From an uncultured delta proteobacterium (lineage in GTDB: Bacteria; Myxococcota; Kuafuiibacteriia; Kuafuiibacteriales; Kuafuiibacteriaceae): a stretch of 64,000 bases of DNA. The DNA is taken from NCBI GenBank assembly GCA_963803435.1, contig CAWDML010000001.1:1280001-1344000 (forward strand), read 5' to 3'. Positions 61,518 through 64,000 of the stretch are shown here, piece after piece. The notes beneath the pieces were generated by a model. It was not told the DNA's origin and did not search any database. It was given only the letters and a program-made list of their open reading frames with translations. Made by a program: the position numbers and the translations under genes. Position 1 is the first letter of the stretch. Every line of letters begins with the position of its first letter.

Positions 61518-62536
61518 CAGAGGATCAACATCGCGTCGCCGTAGGAGAAGAAGCGATAGCCCTCCTTCACCGCCTCCCGGTAGGCCCGCATCGTGAAATC
61601 GTAACCCGCAAACGCCGCCACCAGCATCAGCAGAGTGGACTTGGGGAGGTGGAAGTTGGTCAGCAGGACGTCGGCGTTCTGGAACCGATGGCCGGGACGG
61701 ATGAACAGATCGGTAGCGCCGGCACACGCCCGCACCGGGGTGCCGATCGTCTCGAGCACCCGGGTGACCGTGGTGCCCACCGCGACGATCCGGCCTCCGG
61801 CGGCCCGGGTCCGCGCGATCGTGTCGGCGGCCACTGCGTCGAGCTCGTAGCGCTCGGCGTGCATGACGTGGTCCTCAATCCGTTCGGCCCGCACCGGAAG
61901 GAAGGTCCCCGGCCCCACGTGAAGCGTGAGGCGGGTCCACTCGATCCCGCGACGCGCCAGCGCGCTCATCACCTCCCGCGTGAAGTGCAGGCCCGCGGTC
62001 GGTGCCGCCACCGAGCGCTCGGCACCGGCCCGCGCAAAGATCGTCTGATAGCGCTCGGCGTCGGCGGCATCGGGGGACCGTCCCAGATAAGGAGGCAGCG
62101 GGACCTCGCCGAAGCGCGCGGCCACGCCCTCGTCCGGCAGCGCGAGCACACAGAAGCCCTCGTCGAGCCGCGCCCGCACGGTGATCTCGACCTCGCGGGC
62201 CGCCGAGAGCACGAGCACCTGACCGGGCTTCAGCGGCTTCGAGGTGTTCACCATCGCCCGCCACCCGCCGCTCGCTTCGGGCTCCACCAGGAGGATCTCG
62301 ACCTTTCCTCCGGTCTGCTTCTTCTCCGCCTGGAGGCGTGCGTGCAGGACCTTCGTGTCGTTGACCACCACCAGATCGCGGGGCCGGAGCAGCCGGGGCA
62401 GATCGACGAAGCCTGCGTGCTCGAGGACCTCACCGTCCCGGCGGAGCACCAGGAGGCGCGAGGCGTCCCGGCGGTCGGCCGGACGGCGCGCAATCGCTGC
62501 CTCCGGCAGCTCGTAGTCGAAGTCTTCGAGGCGCAC
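61517..62536 (-). CDS. queA: S-adenosylmethionine:tRNA ribosyltransferase-isomerase
   Basis: GTG 62536; DFDYELP, PLPPY, YQT.FA, VAAPTAGLHF, TLHVG.GTF, AVGTT, TNFHLP.STL, YRFFSYGDAM. Confidence 0.98.
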   Translation of the reverse strand: MRLEDFDYELPEAAIARRPADRRDASRLLVLRRDGEVLEHAGFVDLPRLLRPRDLVVVNDTKVLHARLQAEKKQTGGKVEILLVEPEASGGWRAMVNTSKPLKPGQVLVLSAAREVEITVRARLDEGFCVLALPDEGVAARFGEVPLPPYLGRSPDAADAERYQTIFARAGAERSVAAPTAGLHFTREVMSALARRGIEWTRLTLHVGPGTFLPVRAERIEDHVMHAERYELDAVAADTIARTRAAGGRIVAVGTTVTRVLETIGTPVRACAGATDLFIRPGHRFQNADVLLTNFHLPKSTLLMLVAAFAGYDFTMRAYREAVKEGYRFFSYGDAMLIL

Positions 62537-62638
62537 GGCGAAGCCGAGGCACCGTAGTGAGGCGAAGCGCGTTTCGCAACTGCTCGATCCGCCGTTTGGC
62601 GGAGGCCCCAGGCCCCCATTCGTCATACCTTCGATCAG

Positions 62639-63639
62639 GTGATCCCGCTGCTCGACCGGCCGCACGCCGAAGCCCGCGCCCTCCTCGCGACCGGCGCGCC
62701 GGCGTTTCTCTTCGTAAACCCGGTCGAGTTTCACGGTCCCCACCTCCCGCTCCACACCGACGCGCTGATCAGCCGGGGCCTGGCGCGTGACCTGTTCGCG
62801 CGCCTCCTGGAGCACCGTCCCGACTGGCCGTTCGTCGGCACCTCCGATCTCGAGGTGGGCGTCGAGCCCGTGCCGGGTCCGGGGAGCCGCCCGGTCCCCT
62901 ACTCGGAGGTGCGGGCGCGTGTGGTCCTGGCCTGCCGTGCGCTCGCGGATCTGGGCGCGCAGCGCGTCGTGCTCATGACCTTCCACGGCAACCCGCTGCA
63001 CAGCATCGCGATGGACGCCGGCGTCCGGTATCTCGCCAAGCGGGGCGTGCGGGCGCTATCGCCCTTCAACCTGCTGATGCGGAAGATGCTCGAGGTGGAG
63101 CGCGAGGAGCTCCTGACGCACAAGGCTGCGCTCGCGGATCACGTCGGCGACCCGTCGGTGCTGGAGGATCTTCGATCACGCTGCCGCAGGACTTCCACGC
63201 GGGATTCTCGGAGACCTCGCTGATGCTCCACTACGCGCCCGATTCGGTGTCGAACGACTACGTGCGCTTGCCGCCGTGCCCTCCGCTCGTCCCGAACCCG
63301 GCGCTGGCCGCGGCGGCGCGCACCCTCCGATCGCTGGGCCGCCGGGATCTCGCGCGCGAGCTGGACTTCGCGGCCGTCGGTCTCGGTTGGTTCGCGCTGC
63401 GCCCCTTCCCTGGATACACGGGGCGCCCTCACCTCGCGCGGTCCAAGATCGGGGCGCACCTGGCGGCGCGGTTCGTCGAGGAGTGGGCGGAGCCGATGCG
63501 CCGCGTGCTGCTCGAGGGCGCGCCCTGGCCCCGGCCGATCATGCGCTGGACGGCCTGGCTCTCGCTGGGCGGGCGCATCGGCAGCACCGTCATCGCGCAC
63601 GACGCGATCACCACGGCGCTCCCCGAGCTGGCCAGCTGA
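62639..63639 (+). CDS. creatininase/creatinine amidohydrolase family protein; -1 frameshift at about 63172-63177
   Basis: VEFHGPHLPL.TD and FHGN; after the shift DFHAG..ETSLML...PD.V and GY.G.P..A. Confidence 0.88.
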
Positions 63640-63646
63640 CACCTCC

Positions 63647-64000
63647 TCAGTAGATTCGCTTCAAACGAACACCGCGGTAGTAATAGGCGAGGATGGTCCG
63701 GTAGGTCTTGCCGGCCTCGGCCATCCCCTTCGCGCCCCACTGGCACATCCCGACGCCGTGGCCGAAGCCCCTGCCCTCGATGTGGATCGTGTTGCCCTTG
63801 GTGACCGCGGTGAAACGCGAAGAGTAGAGATCGGTGAACCCGACCGCCTCCCTCACCTTCGACGGCGACAGCTGCTGCGTCTTCTTGTCCACCTGGAGCT
63901 TGACCGCGCTGGTCTCCTCGGGCCGGGAGAACCGCTCGATCTTGCCCTTGGTGAGGTGGGCCTGGCGCAGGCGCTTCGACATCTCGTCGAGGGTCATGGT
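63647..64000 (-). CDS. SpoIID/LytB domain protein, C-terminal part
   Basis: L.S..F, GRGFGHGVGMCQWGA.GMA..G..Y..IL.YYY.G; runs off the right edge. Confidence 0.92.
   Translation of the reverse strand, partial: TMTLDEMSKRLRQAHLTKGKIERFSRPEETSAVKLQVDKKTQQLSPSKVREAVGFTDLYSSRFTAVTKGNTIHIEGRGFGHGVGMCQWGAKGMAEAGKTYRTILAYYYRGVRLKRIY

Overview
GC-rich bacterial chromosomal DNA whose gene content points to Myxococcota/Deltaproteobacteria (inference). From left to right: a SRAP peptidase; a complete type II secretion operon (gspC-D-E-[extra GspG-like]-F-G-H-I-J-K-L-M-N) behind a predicted sigma54 promoter with tandem palindromic enhancer sites; then aceK, a PAS hybrid kinase, ilvC, a DMT transporter, mltG, a DUF885 lipoprotein, an aldehyde dehydrogenase and GT4/GT2 glycosyltransferases. 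Two mobile elements are nested in one CTAG that supplies the overlapping stop codons of two convergent genes: an intact IS630 and a 785-bp non-autonomous IS1182 derivative with hexamer-array inverted ends and a four-helix-bundle gene remnant. Next come a surface/signalling cluster (Ig/VWA lipoprotein, Ser/Thr kinase, TPR protein, Cys-rich lipoprotein), hydrolases, LOG, tldD/tldE, an atypical acyl-CoA dehydrogenase coupled to a sensor kinase, gltA, an ECF sigma factor, a split atp operon, orphan nuoJK, sixA, pepN, an M50 protease, tgt, queA, a creatininase-family gene and a partial spoIID. Two window-wide patterns stand out: all nine reading-frame lesions in chromosomal genes lie in or next to GATC, suggesting methylation-linked sequencing errors, and many genes have a TANNNT box 6-10 nt before the start codon, suggesting leaderless mRNAs. 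No rRNA, tRNA or CRISPR array was seen. All calls come from motif recognition by eye; no database searches were run.
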